From assembly GCF_006345805.1 (NCBI RefSeq), contig NC_043018.1, forward strand, positions 5,208,001 to 5,272,000: a stretch of DNA of 64,000 nt, read 5' to 3'. Under the pieces are notes generated by a model. That model made no database searches and had not been told where the DNA came from. It worked only from the letters and a program-made list of their open reading frames with translations. This document shows, one piece after another, positions 1-15,879 of this stretch. Positions within the stretch are counted from its first letter, which is position 1, and each line of letters starts with the position of its first letter. The position numbers and the translations under genes were made by a program. The stretch is from Octopus sinensis. Taxonomy: Eukaryota.

Positions 1-897
1 CAAATACATATTCACACACTCAGACAAACACACACATATATAAACCAAGAAACAGACGTATGGCGAACATTATTATTATTAAAATGGCGATGCCGTTAAA
101 TTCTCACTCTGCTGATAGATGTTACACCGTCGGCCATTGATGTCAGATCCACATTGGTTAAACTTTCCATCTATCTTCCTCCCTTTGGACATTCCATTTC
201 TCTCTTTCCCCCAGCCTCTCCTTCTCTGGCTCTCCCTCCGTCACAATTTCCCTCACGCTTTCTCCAGCACTGTCACTCACTTTCGCTTTCTCTCCTTTCC
301 TTTCTCACACAGTTCCCCTCGCCTCATACATAAATGCATAATATAAGCATATGTGTCTCTATTTTATTGTGTATATGTGTTTGTCTGTGTGTGTGTGTAT
401 ATATATACATATATATATTAATATATAGGTATGTATATATATATGTGTGTGTATATATATGTATACATGTATATGCATATATATATGTATAATATATATA
501 TATATATATGTATGCATGTATATATATATTATATATTATATATATATATTATATATTATATATACAGAGAGAGAGGAGAGAGAGAGGGCGATAGATAGAT
601 ATGTATACTTACATATATATGCGTGTGTATGTGCAGGTGAGTAATACGGTATCAGGAGAGTGTGAATATATAGACACATACGCACATTCACACACGCACA
701 CACATATACATATATATATATGTGTATGTATGCGTGTGTGTGTGTGTGTGTTGTGTGTAAGTATACATATAATATGTTAATTTATGTAAATTTATTCATG
801 TATCAGTAATGTAGTCAAAGATATATACGCATAATAAGAAAGGTTGCAGCTATCTCTATATAGCTGTGTCACACATACACACAAATTCAGAGTGAGT

Positions 898-975
<78 letters not shown>

Positions 976-1101
976 TTGTCTCTGATGATTCAAGTCGTCA
1001 CTACAACCTTTCCTCTTATAACAAGTAGGTCCTTCACGCCTGAACTGACCTCAAAATTTGTATGTGTCTGTGTATATATATATGCGTGTGTGCGTGTGCG
1101 G

Positions 1102-1136
<35 letters not shown>

Positions 1137-1199
1137 CGCCGAAGAACTTGTAATCTGATCCGTTTTCCTTTTATACATTAAGATAAGCTTTCAATTTAA

Positions 1200-1436
1200 T
1201 ATTGATTTCAAATTTTAGCACAAGGCCGGCAATTTCAGGGTAAGTGGTTAAGTCTATTCACATGAGATCCCAGCGCTCAGCGCGTACTTATTTTGTGTTG
1301 ACTTCTTTTATCGAATCCTAAAATATAAAACGGAAAGTGAACCTTGGCGGCTTTTGAAATCAAAACATACAAACAGACGAAACCCCGCTGATGGTTTTAT
1401 CCGACTTGTTATCGATGTTGCCACCTCGCTTCCTTA
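1200..1436 (-). mobile_element. Degenerate SINE, family B
   Basis: The reverse complement aligns by eye to the GGCGGCGAGCTGGCAGAA...GTCGACTTTGCCTTT...GTACCAG...GGGGTCGATGTAATCGACT repeat seen at 17345 and 46535. Confidence 0.6.
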
Positions 1437-1750
1437 TTTCAATAAATATTTCGAAGAAAAAATGTATGTTCAAGTCACTAACTGGATGACCGAAAACATC
1501 TAGTTCAGATGAAAAACGAGCTGGACTCAGAGTACGGGTTCAGATTGCATCGAATTACTGGCTGCAGAAGGCTTCCTCCTGGGGTTAGTATTGCAGTAAC
1601 GTTGATTCGTATGGAACAGCCATGTTTAAATGGCGATAGGTACTGCTTTCATCTCTTATTGAGATTTTTCTCTCAAGCTAACTTGCTTCATGCAAGATCC
1701 GTGACTGTATGTACTGGAATAAACTACTATGATTTCTAGCGGACGATTAT

Positions 1751-1799
1751 CCACCACGACGGATGACCACAAATAGGTCGAAACTGTACGATCTGGTGG
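1751..1799 (+). ncRNA. Degenerate minimal hammerhead ribozyme motif
   Basis: Stem I CCACCA/TGGTGG, damaged core CGACGGA, stem II GACC..GGTC, then GAAAC-TGTACG-ATC. Core and cleavage site are both mutated. Confidence 0.45.
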
Positions 1800-1920
1800 C
1801 CTTTTGGCTAGAAAATGGTATGGGTTCGTTGCATCAAATAAGCAGGTGGAGGGGCTCCATCCTGGGGTTAAAATGGCAGTTATGCCGGTTCCTGTTTATG
1901 TGGCGATAAGCATTAATCAT

Positions 1921-1945
1921 ATACATACATATATATATATGTATG

Positions 1946-1995
<50 letters not shown>

Positions 1996-2042
1996 ATGTA
2001 TATATATATATATATACATTTATATATAAATATATATGTATG

Positions 2043-2096
<54 letters not shown>

Positions 2097-2145
2097 GTAT
2101 GTATATATATATATATATACATTTATATATAAATATATATGTATG

Positions 2146-2177
<32 letters not shown>

Positions 2178-2233
2178 TTATATATATACTTATGTACACA
2201 CACACAAACACAACACACACACACACACACTAT

Positions 2234-2320
<87 letters not shown>
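1921..2320. repeat. (TA)n microsatellite with an internal duplication of about 100 bp
   Basis: Read directly; TACATTTATATATAAATATATATGTATG occurs twice. Confidence 0.9.
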
Positions 2321-2321
<1 letters not shown>

Positions 2322-2440
2322 GGTGCAGGAGTGACTGTGTGTAAGAAGGTTGCTTCCCAACCACGTTTCCGGGTTTAGTCCTACAGCATGGCAACTTAGG
2401 CGTGTGTCTTCTACTATAGCCCCACCCCAACCAAACCCTT
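2321..2440 (+). mobile_element. SINE family A, tRNA-like 5' part
   Basis: GCAGGAGTGACTGTGTGTAAG...CCAACCAC...GTGTCTTCTACTATAGCC matches the head of the complete copy at 52619. Confidence 0.7.
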
Positions 2441-2801
2441 CAATTTAGTATTAAATCAAATTTCACAGTATAAACATATAAAATATATATTAGAGATAAA
2501 ACCACTATTATGCAACTCAAACAGTGATAGACATAAACCAATACATAACTCTAATTTATATTATATATATATATTATATATATATATATATGATGTGAAA
2601 TAGAAAGATGATAATGAATAATGTAGTAGATTAATCAAAAGTTTAACGATACCTTAGTAGCAAAAATCACAGCAGTAAACAGCACGGTTGGAGTACAACC
2701 ATCTGGCTGCAACCGTGCGTTGGTGCGGATTAATGAAATTAAAACATTATTGGTGAATGAAGAAATGGAGCTGAACGCAGATTGAACAGAAATCGTTTTA
2801 T

Positions 2802-2886
2802 TTCATTCTACACGTGTTTCGAAAGGCACAATTACCAAAATCCGATTGAATATGGGACCATATTGTGTCTTTCTCTTCAGGAAGAA
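2802..2886 (-). ncRNA. Minimal type-I hammerhead ribozyme in a (TA)n-flanked element (about 2590-2960)
   Basis: Minus strand reads TTC-CTGAAGA-GAAAGACACAAT...ATTGTGCCTTTC-GAAAC-ACGT-GTA-GAA: complete core, long stem II and palindromic loop 3. Confidence 0.75.
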
Positions 2887-3049
2887 AAAAGGAAATCCGT
2901 TGGAAAAAACAAAAAACAGAACAGAGGCGGAGCAAAAAACAAATCGAACTGTGCTCCTATATATATACAGTCGAAATTATGTTACAAAAAGAAAATATAA
3001 AATATAAAATACATAAATATATACATATATACATACATATATGTACGCG

Positions 3050-3290
3050 CGCGTGTGTGTTTGAGTCTGTGTTTGTTCCCCCATCACCGCTTGGCAACCG
3101 GTGTGGGTGTGTTTACTTCCTCATAACTTAGTGGCTTGGCCAAAGAAACCGATAGAATAAATGCCAGGCCTAAGAAAATAAGTAAGGTTTATAGTCGATT
3201 CATTCGACTATAAACTCTTAAAGGCGGTGCCCCAGCATGACCGCAGTCTAATGACTGAAACAAGTAAACAGATAAAAGATAAAAGATATA
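3050..3290 (+). mobile_element. SINE family A, 3' part
   Basis: Ends in AAGGCGGTGCCCCAGCATGACCGCAGTC...ATGACTGAAACAAGTAAA, shared with 7015-7083 and 52960-53020. Confidence 0.75.
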
Positions 3291-3703
3291 TATAAAAATG
3301 TGTGTGTGTGTGTGTGCGTGGTGTGTGTGTGTGTGTGTGTGTGTGTACATACACAAACGTACACACACGCACACGGCTTACATGATATACTTAGAAGGAC
3401 AAATGCGAGAAAGACGAGTTGTGTCAAATAATAAGACACCGAAACAGTAAAGAGATTAACAAGGTAGAAGCGGAGAGAAAGAGAGAGGGAGAGGAAGGAG
3501 AATTTGTGAGTGAGAGGGAGAGGGAAGGAGAGAGAGAGGGTGGGAGAGAAAACCCAGGTATACAATGTGAGAAACAATGATACACACACGCACGCACATA
3601 CACACATTTACACACGCATACACATATCTCTGAAACTGCATGTCTATGTATGTATAATGTATGTATGTATGTATGTATGTATCTATCTATCTATCTACTA
3701 CTC

Positions 3704-3764
<61 letters not shown>

Positions 3765-4109
3765 AGTGTGATAGTACGTATGTGTGTTTTAGTGTGTGAC
3801 AGGTGGAGGGGAAGTCCTGGGGAAGTGGTATTTTTTTCTTATGGAATGACCAGTTCTTCTTGTCACCTTTGCGAAAGAGCTGCTTCCACATTGGAGTGGA
3901 GTTGTACGCTCAATTCACCAGCAAATTGTGTTTGACAAAGCTTTGACGATTATCTCCCTTGCGAATTAACCTCTTGCGTGTAAAGCTGGCTACTTGATCG
4001 CTCAACACACACCAGCTCTGTCTCTTTCACCCGTGATGACAGGTCACGCACACTTGCTGTACAATTCGAGCTGATCTTCAGTTTTCCGACGTTCACCAAC
4101 CACCAGCGT

Positions 4110-4245
4110 TAGCAGCAGCAGCAGCAGCAGCTACAACACTACCACCACCACCGTCACCACCACCACCACCACCAACAACAACAACAACTTAACAACAGGA
4201 TCACCACCACCAGCAATGAACTACAACGCCAACCACAAACACACC

Positions 4246-4277
<32 letters not shown>

Positions 4278-5290
4278 CAACAACAACATCAACGACATTA
4301 AGAACGGCAACGATACCACCAACACGACCATTAGCTTTACCATCTCTACCACCAGAAATGATCGAAAGGTAGGGGAACGGCAACAACAGTAACAACTTCA
4401 ATTGCACCACTCTCATCAAAATCAACGCTACCACCACCACCACCACCAGCATCACCACAACCAGCACCATCACCACCACCATCACCACCACCATCACCAC
4501 CACCACCACCACCACCACCACCACCTTCACCACCACCACCACCATCACCACCATCACCACCACCACCACCACCACCACCACCAACAAAACCACCACCACC
4601 ACCACCACCAACAAAACCACCACCACCACCACCACCACCACCACCAACAAAACCACCACCACCAACACCACCAATAATAGAGATCGAAAAGTACGAGAAT
4701 AACAACGACAACAATAAAAAGAATATTATCTCATTTACATTGAACATTGCTACACCCACCACCACCACCACAACCACCACCACCACCATCAACAACAACA
4801 ACAACAGCGATAGAAATACTACAACTACAACGTTCAGCACCAGATCCACCACCACCACCACCACCACCACCACCACCACCACCACCACTAACACCACCAC
4901 CACTACCACCACCACCACTACCACCACTACCATCACCACCACTGCCACCACCACCACCACCACCACCACCACCACCACTAACACCACCACCACTACCACC
5001 ACCACCACTACCACCACTACCATCACCACCACCACCACCACCACCACCACCCCACCACCACCACCACCACTACCACCACCACTTTTACAGCAAAAGCAAC
5101 AACAACAACGAACCAGAACTACGAAATCAACAACCACAACAATAACAACCACAGCAGCCCTAATATCATCTTAACCACCACCACCACCACCACCACTAAC
5201 CCAATCACCAATATCATCATCATCATCATCAAACTCAATATCATTACCTCATCACCATCATCATCATCATCATCACCACCAATCCCATTC
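4110..5290. repeat. (CCA)n/(CAA)n/(CAT)n compound trinucleotide tract
   Basis: Read directly; includes a 90-bp-period duplication at about 4887 and 4977. Confidence 0.9.
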
Positions 5291-5349
5291 TCTCCTTCTC
5301 TGTACCCTCTCCATCTCACCTCAAGATCCGACTTAGCTAATTCTCATCC

Positions 5350-5627
5350 AATTCTTCTTCTTCTTCTTCTTCTTCTTTCTTCCTCTTCTTCTTCTTCTAC
5401 TTCCTATTCTTCTTCTTCTTCATCATCACCCTCTTCTTCTCCTTCTTCTTCTTCTTCTTCTTCTTCTCCTCCTCCTTCCTCTTCTCCTTCCTCTTATTCT
5501 TCACCCTCTTCTTCTTCTTCTCCTTCCTCTTCCGCTTCTCCTTCCCCTTCTTCTTCCCCCTCTTCTTCCCCTTCTTCTTCTTCTTCGTCTTCTTCTTCTT
5601 CTTCTTCTTCACCCTCCTCTTCTTCTT

Positions 5628-5659
<32 letters not shown>

Positions 5660-5667
5660 ACTCCCCC

Positions 5668-5698
<31 letters not shown>

Positions 5699-5790
5699 CC
5701 CCCTCTTCTTCTTCTTCTTCTTCTTCTTCTCCTTCTCCTCCTTCTTGCTCACTTCGTCCTTCTGCCCCTCTTCTTCCCTCTCCTCTCCTC
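5350..5790. repeat. (CTT)n polypyrimidine tract
   Basis: Read directly. Confidence 0.9.
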
Positions 5791-5871
5791 TATTGTTGTT
5801 ACTACTGTTGTTCCTTTTCCTTTTTTCTTTTCTCGCCACTTCACTCTTTTTACATGCATATATATATTTAT

Positions 5872-5975
5872 GTGTGTGTGGTAAGTAGCTTGCATCCCAA
5901 CCACATGGGTCTGGGTTCAGACCCAATGCGTGGCATCTTAGGCAAGTGTCTTCTACTATAGGCTCCGGCCAGCTT
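5872..5975 (+). mobile_element. SINE family A, 5' part
   Basis: GTGTGGTAAGTAGCTTGC..CCAACCACATGG..GGGTTCAG..GGCAAGTGTCTTCTACTATAG. Confidence 0.7.
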
Positions 5976-6365
5976 AGTTGTGCTCGTGACTTAGAGTTTA
6001 CTTCTTCCATGGGTATGAGTAAGTATTTCATTTACTTCTTTTGCCGCATTTATCATTGACGAAGGGAGGGTTCTTATGAAATAACCCTGAAATCGGTCCG
6101 ATATGGTGATAATATAATTCGAGACAAAACCACTATTTTAAAACCAAACAAGGAAATACTTAATCAATACATAAAATTTTAATATAAATTAAATAAACCG
6201 CCACTACAAATGTTTCATGTCTACATACATATATATATACATAATTTCTTGTTAAGTCACGTGATCTGTTTTCGCATCTTGAAACTGAAATATCTACGTT
6301 GTGGTAGAAACAACTAAAAATTCCCATAGTTTATTATAGTCGTTTTCTAATGTTCTATCACGCAA

Positions 6366-6570
6366 TAAGACGGCGATCTGACGAATTCGTTAGTACCCGG
6401 ACCGAATGTTTAGCGGCATTCCGTCCATTTTAACGACGAGCTCGATTTTACCTTTTATCCTTTCATGGTCGATAACATAAGTACAAGTTGCATACGAGGG
6501 TCTCAATGTAATCGACTTAACCCATTTCCTCGAACTTGCTGGCTTTAGGCTAAAATTTGAGACCAATATA
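6366..6570 (+). mobile_element. Degenerate SINE, family B
   Basis: Similar to 46535-46705 (GTTAG..CCGG..AATG.TTAGCGG.ATT...GGTCGATAA...AATGTAATCGACT). Confidence 0.6.
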
Positions 6571-7202
6571 CTACTGCCGTCCTACGTGTGCCGTCCTGGT
6601 GTTTTATCGAATGTCATTAACTGAATCTCGTAGAATTTGAAGAGATGAGAAACACAACTGAACAGGGATAGAATAGGGAAAGTGATATAGAAACAAACGC
6701 CCATTTTTCGGCATACATAGAGATACGCTATAGGCATATAAATCAAGCATCATTTTACACAGACATTAAATGATATAAGAATGCACATAGCAGCATATAC
6801 ACGTATACACGCCATGCACGGGCACAGAACATCCCTATCTCATACAGAGAAACATGTATACACATGTATTAACACAGATACACACATATGCCTATACACG
6901 CGCACATATACACACGCAACGCACACATATATATATATAAAGATGTACCCATATATATATGTATATTCATACAGTATGTTTGTGTACACATATTTCATGT
7001 ATATATATATATAATAGGCGGTGCTCCAGCATGGCCGCAGTCAAATGACTGAAACAAGTAAAAGAATAAAAGAATAAAAGAATATATATATATATATATA
7101 TATATATAAACACAGATAGAAGTATGCAATATACACATATACACACACATATATGTACATACATGCAAATATATACATACATGTATACACACATACACTC
7201 AC

Positions 7203-9432
<2,230 letters not shown>

Positions 9433-12133
9433 ATGCATATATATATATATATATATTATGTGTTTCTGTGTTTGTGTGTGTCTGTTTGTGTGTGTGTGTG
9501 TGTCTGTAAAACTACCTTAGCATTGACTGATTACACAGTATCTGATGCAATAGCTATGACATGACCAGTACAAAACTATCGATATACAAAATGTATAAAT
9601 ACATAAACAAGTATATATACATTAATACCAATATCTGTAATATGCACTCACTTTTAGACAGCTATATAAAGTATAAGGTGCATAGTTATATCTCCTTGTT
9701 TTTCCCTCCCTCCCTACCTCTCTCTGCTTATACATACACACACACACATATGTATATGTCCGTATATACGTATATACATAAACGAATAGATTTGAATATA
9801 TATAAGCATATATACATATAAACATACATGAATATATATATATATATATACATATCTGTAAATCCAAGCATACACCCACTCTCGCGCTCTCTCTATTTAT
9901 ATATATATATATATGTATATTTATATGTATGTATGATTTATATCTATACATAAACTATAGGTAAGTATATGTAAGGAAAAGTTAGACATTAAGTGGACCT
10001 TTCATTCCAATCAATCATCATACAATATCTGTAAAAGTTCTTGCGAAATACTTTCTCCATTTAATTCGGTAAGATAAAGATATCGAATGCCAGACACACA
10101 CACACGCACACACAGATAGAAGAAATACCACCCCAAACACACACAAACACACTCACACACACACATACACACACGAACTCCCACTTCAGTCATACGCACA
10201 AGCACCTACACGTACACACGCAATACCAACGTTTCGGATGTCTAGCATTATGACAACGACTAACAACAAACACAATATCAAATAAGAACACACTCTTTCA
10301 GCTTGAGAACTCCATAAACCAAATAAATCATTTCAACATGGACGCCGGTATCCATAACATTTTCAGTACATTAATAACATCGCCGTAATTATGTAATCAT
10401 GAAAGCCACTGCATCACTAACACAATAACAGTATCGTCCCTAACGATACTTTCGTCATAGAACCAATGAACTTACCTCTGCAACACTCATTGGTGCCGCC
10501 AGTATATTCCCAACCTCATCGCCATCGTTCCTCGTTAGTTTATTCGCACCATTAACACGGCAACATCTGCATATTTACAACATATTGAATCAGAGTAACG
10601 CGAGCCTGGGCTCTTTGAATCGTACGTGCAATCTATGAGACTGTCTTCGATACAGTTTGTGTGTGTTACCTCATTTCTCAATTACACCTGAAGTATCGAC
10701 ATTTTCACCTGTACCTCTGATCGTATCTCTCATTTCGTTTTACCACATACTACAGTACAGATCTATAACTTGATGTTTAGTACGTGAATACCAACAGTTT
10801 ATTCGTCCGTCATGGGCGCCAGAATTATGATACCAAATTTTTGGCTCCGACCGACGCAAACTGTCTCTTGGCACTGTATTTTTGCAAGTCCTCGGTGTCA
10901 TGAGAAATCCTTTCCCGTTGAAAACAAATCTGCACGTCGCCATTCGTCTTGGTCACATCTCGACAAACTTCTTAAATAGTAAAGCACAGGATTCAGTGCT
11001 GGAAATCCCCAAATCTTCCGTGAGGCTTTCTTGTATTCCATTAGGCCGGTGAGGAAACATGCCTTTTGGATCGTTAAACTATAATGCTTTGTGAAATCTA
11101 CTTGAAATGTGAACAAATATCCCCTCCTTGTTTTGCTGCTTAAAATGTCATCCTCTTTTCTTCCCAATCTAGATTTAGTTTGCATATTCCGTGTGTCCAA
11201 TGTCTGTGTTCTATTGGAAATTCGTTGTTCTTGCAGAATTTCAGTTTATTTTAATCGGAGGCTTGGTCCATCCATCATTTTACTTGTTTCCTTCTCTCTA
11301 AGTTGTGGATTCTTTCTCAGGGAATGATACTTCTTCGCATGAAATGGACTCCACTTCGCATTTTTCGTAGCTTTCTTTGAATTTGCGTAATCTTTGGGGT
11401 TTTTTTCTGTTTTCAAGAAGTTTGGATTTTCCCATCGGTCTCTTTTTGGCCCTCATTTCTTTAAAGAGCCGAACTGGCTCTGCCCTGAGAAAATACTTTC
11501 TGGTTGTTTCGTGAAGCTCTTGTTGATGTGGTTGACTCTTCTTACCTCTCCTGGTTGTAACTGCGAAAGAGAGTTCCCAGTCTTACGGATCATCCCCGGT
11601 AAGGAGGAAACAGCAGCTGCACTTACCAACTCGCATTTTGTGTCTAATACTCTTCCCTGCTTTGGTTATTCCACGTTTTCTGCCTTGAAACAGATTTTAA
11701 ACAGATTTGGCAACCACACGTGTAACACCTACTTTTGCTTTTTACCTTGGATGCATAGCTTTAGAGTCTTTCTTTAAGCATCCTTTGCGGGACACAGTTC
11801 TGGTTTTGTTTTACAGTTTTTGTGGGGTCATGAGAGTATCTCAACCAACCAATATGGCAAATGCTTGATTGCATTTTCTTGATTTCACTACACGTTATTG
11901 CGAACAAATGTCTTTTGTTAAGCGAACCTCAAATCGATCCTAGAGTTGAGAATATAATTTAGTGGATATAAATTGCGCAGAAGCAAGGTCGGAAGAGGTC
12001 GAGTTTATAATTGGGTGGTGTATTTAGTCATTGACCGACCTTTAGGTTATTCTGTTGCATACATTTGTGCTTGCTTCATATTTTTTCCTTTCACTGTCGG
12101 AGCTCCTGTAAACACACCGACCGAGTTTCTCTC

Positions 12134-12365
12134 TTACTCTTTTGATACGAACCCACAAAAGGCCAGCCGTTGTGCGATGATACAAACTTCATGCTTTAAA
12201 GTGATCCAAATTAAAATTTTCCATCAAAATTTCACGTTAAAATCATGTTCCGAACGCCAGTTAATAACAACAAAATTATTTTTACTAACTTCTCTATTTT
12301 TTGTCAAAATTGATTCAAACAAAATCGGCGTATTTCAACATGAATTTTGTGACAAAAGAATTTAA
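12134..12365. mobile_element. Degenerate piggyBac-like MITE
   Basis: Eroded inverted ends TTACTCTTTTGATAC ... GTGACAAAAGAATTTAA resemble TTAA-CCCTTT termini; about 230 bp and non-coding. Confidence 0.4.
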
Positions 12366-14208
12366 AATCCACTTAAGTATGTCTTGTATATTGGAAGAAT
12401 GAAAGATAAAAAGGATGCAGGAGGGATATAAAGCAAGAACTTAATGGAACTCGATATCATCATAGTCAGCTGACTGCTTTTCAAATGGACACATTTCGCT
12501 TCGGCATGGGGAACTTTCCAGCAACATATATTCGGTCAGATTTGGCCGACAAAAGCCGTAAAACAGTTGTTGACAGGTACTTTGTTTTGTACGTCCCGAA
12601 ATAAAGAAAGGCAAAATGTACCTTGGCGGCATTTCAACGGAGAAATTTTTAAGGATATGAGTAAATCCCAAGGCTATTTTGTCTAACAATTCTGCCTACT
12701 CAATCCTTTGTCAATCCATTGCACTGCCCTAGGACGATCGACCATTCTTCACAAAGCAATAATAATAATAATATAATAATAATAATAATAATATAATAAT
12801 AATAATAATATAATAATAATAATAACAACAATAATAATAACAACAACAATAATAATAATGATGATGATGATGATGATGATAATCCTGTAGGAGAAAAAAC
12901 ATAGAAATAAGAATATATAGAAAAATAGTGGAAAAGGAAATATCCAAAATTGCGAAGGAAAAAGCAAAACATGGAAGAAGAGCAACGATGACAGAAAAGT
13001 AAAAGGAAATATATTTAAAAAAAAAGGTTGAGAAGAATATAGAAATATTTCGAAAGAACTTCTCCCAAAATAAATAAATAAAATGATATATATGCAAGGC
13101 AAATGAAAATATATGAAAAAATTCTTCAAAATAACATTAGACACATTTGAAATACAAAAAGAAACATTTAAGAAAATACAGCGACATATCGAAGTAAAGA
13201 TTAGCAAAAATAGGAAAAAAGGCAAGAAGAATATGAAGCATAAAATGCGAAACAAAAAATGAATAAATAAAAACTCATAAAATATCATAATAACAAAACA
13301 AAAAGGGGGGGAGAATACGAAAACTCAATGACAATAATAAGAAATTAAGGAGAGAAAACCTTAAGATGACAAAGAAAGAAGCGAATGGTAATGTTATGGT
13401 GACACTGTCAGAATGGAAGTATAATGGTCTCTGACGAGGAACCGCGTACCAAGGGACGAACCTAGACTGTCCGAAAAATTATTTGTATGCTTCCATGTAT
13501 TATTATTTGTTTTTTTGTTGTTTATTTTGCAAAACAAAAAAAAAGGGAAAGAAAGAAAGAGAGGACAAATAAATGTTTGGCGGTAAATTCTATAAGTATT
13601 GTCTCTTGAAAAGATGAAAAGTTGACAGAATTGTAAAGCACCATTCAATTCCTCGCTAAACATGCTCACGTTTAAACCATCCAGCCTTCCTTTTCTAAAG
13701 CATTGTTCAACAAAAGTTCTACTATTTCGATCATTTCTTCTTCTTCTTCCTTTCATTCTTTCTAATTTTATTTGTGCTTCTTCATTTCTTCCCTTTCTTC
13801 TCTTCTCTTTTCCCTTTTCCTTCCTCTTCACCTGACAAAATGAAATTTTCCATTCTTCTTTTTTTATGTCTTTTCTTCTTTTATTGGTTCTGTTTTTCTT
13901 TCATTCTCATTCTTCTTTTACATTTTTCTCAGACTAGTTTCTTTCTTCTTTCGTTCGTTCGCTGTTTTGTTCTTCTTTTCATTCTTCTTTTGCTTATTTC
14001 TCAATAAAACTGTGTTTGTTGCATCTTCATCTTATTTTAAACAAAGTTTGCTAGTGACACATGCCATGCGCCATTAGAAGCTCATTTCCTCAATTGCTTT
14101 CCACATTTGGTATCGAATTCCGTAGACTTGGAGAAAAGTATGTCTACATATATATATGTGTATGTGTGCGTGTGTGTGTGTATGCGTATATGCATAGTGT
14201 GTGTATCT

Positions 14209-14251
<43 letters not shown>

Positions 14252-14304
14252 ATATATATACATAACTAAATATATTACAAATAACAAAAGAGGGTAAATT
14301 ATGG

Positions 14305-14537
14305 TTCACTCACTACAGCTGTTTCAGACTTGTTTTTATCGATGAATAGAAGTCTTACATCATGCAAATAAAACCATTTTCATCAGGTGAATACAGGTAA
14401 GAATTAAACATTTTGAACCTCACAATAATTGATTAATTCTTACATGCATTCCCCTGATTAAAACGATTTCTTTATTTTGCATGATGTAACATTGATATTC
14501 ATCAATGAAAACACGTTTGAAACAGCTGTAGTGAACC
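14305..14537. mobile_element. Foldback element with two inverted hammerhead motifs
   Basis: Minus 14310-14390: TCAC-CTGATGA...GAAAC-AGCT-GTA-GTGA. Plus 14449-14535: TTCCC-CTGATTA-AAACG...CGTTT-GAAAC-AGCT-GTA-GTGAA. The spacer is itself an inverted repeat. Confidence 0.65.
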
Positions 14538-14867
14538 GCACTCCATCTGTTATTATTTGTTTATCATTCACCTTACTCAGAATCTGCAATTCACTTGGAT
14601 CTGGAATCTATGGAGTGCAGTGCAACGGGTGCAGATTTTGCACCCGTGTGCGATATTGATGACACGTCGTATTTTCAGTCAGCCATATGGGATTGTACGC
14701 ACAAGCGGAGTATATACGTCTTTAGTAAGAGCGTATTTGTCTTTAAATGTCGTTTGTACAAGATAGGGAGATCACCGACCTGATCTTGTTGTTTTGCAAT
14801 TGAACTATCTGATTTGTTTAATCTTGAAATTTTGTATAAAACATACATGCATGTATACATACATACA

Positions 14868-15425
14868 TGGAGGCTGCCCCCTCGTTATCGAATATGGCCA
14901 TTGCATGAAGCTTAATCAATGTTGTTATTGTGCAATGCCTGTGCAAGAAGATTTTTTAAAGTGAGGAAAGGCTGTGCACTGCGTCAATCCCACTCACTAA
15001 GCAACAGCAGCCATAATTCGAAAAGAAGAACAAGTCAACATCATCGGTAACCACTGAGCAGCAGGTTTTATGTCGGAGTTATCCCAGTTACCTGAGTTAC
15101 CTTCTCCTAGAAGGATGCCCTAACAAAGGCTAGGAGGCCTTCACTCCCAATGGTTTAACCGCGCGATCGGGTATTCAGTCCGATTATTTCTATGTCCCCG
15201 CGCATGATACAGCTTTAAGACATTTATTGGACGGCTGTTGACTCTCAAGAGTTCCTCCGCCCTTTGACGGGTTTTGTTTTTCATCCCGCAGGGTGTCCAA
15301 TAAACACCCTCCTCACCAAGCAAGCTTGGTGGGGTTGCCGGTTTAGTCACCGACGACCCGACCATGCAACAGGTTGCACTGGGTTACATGTTACCAGTAG
15401 CAATCGAAAGTGACCTGACATGAAC
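14868..15425 (-). mobile_element. Non-autonomous RTE-derived element in (ATAC)n
   Basis: Minus strand contains AGCCTTTGTTAGGGCATCCTTCTAGGAGAAGGTAACTC, resembling the RTE-clade 5' UTR motif (CTAGGAGAAGGAAAACTC). No ORF; ATAC repeats on both sides. Confidence 0.5.
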
Positions 15426-15442
15426 ATACATACATACATACA

Positions 15443-15478
<36 letters not shown>

Positions 15479-15626
15479 TATATATACACACACAAAGAGC
15501 CAACAACTGATGAAAGGTCGTTCTTTATTTTCTTCGTTTTCTTTTCCATTTGTGTTCATGTTCCATGTACTCGTACATCATATCTTTTGTTGTACACGTT
15601 TCGTGATGTCCTGTGCCCACATATGC

Positions 15627-15709
<83 letters not shown>

Positions 15710-15879
15710 TGGTATACATTTAAGTATGTACATTTACGTATGTATATATGTATATATATATTATATATATTATATATATACATACAGAGAGAGTGAGAAA
15801 GAGAAAGAGGGAGAGAAATAGGGGAAGAAAGAGAGAGATCTGTTTACATGTATATATATATATATATATTTATATACTA

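Noticed and set aside
10812-10840. LTR primer-binding-site-like TGGTATCA and TGGCGCCC on the minus strand
   Set aside because: The matches are only 8 nt and no adjacent LTR pair was found.
13425-13495. Hammerhead-like CTGACGA-GGA...TCC-GAAAA
   Set aside because: Stem I and stem III do not form, so it is too weak to call.
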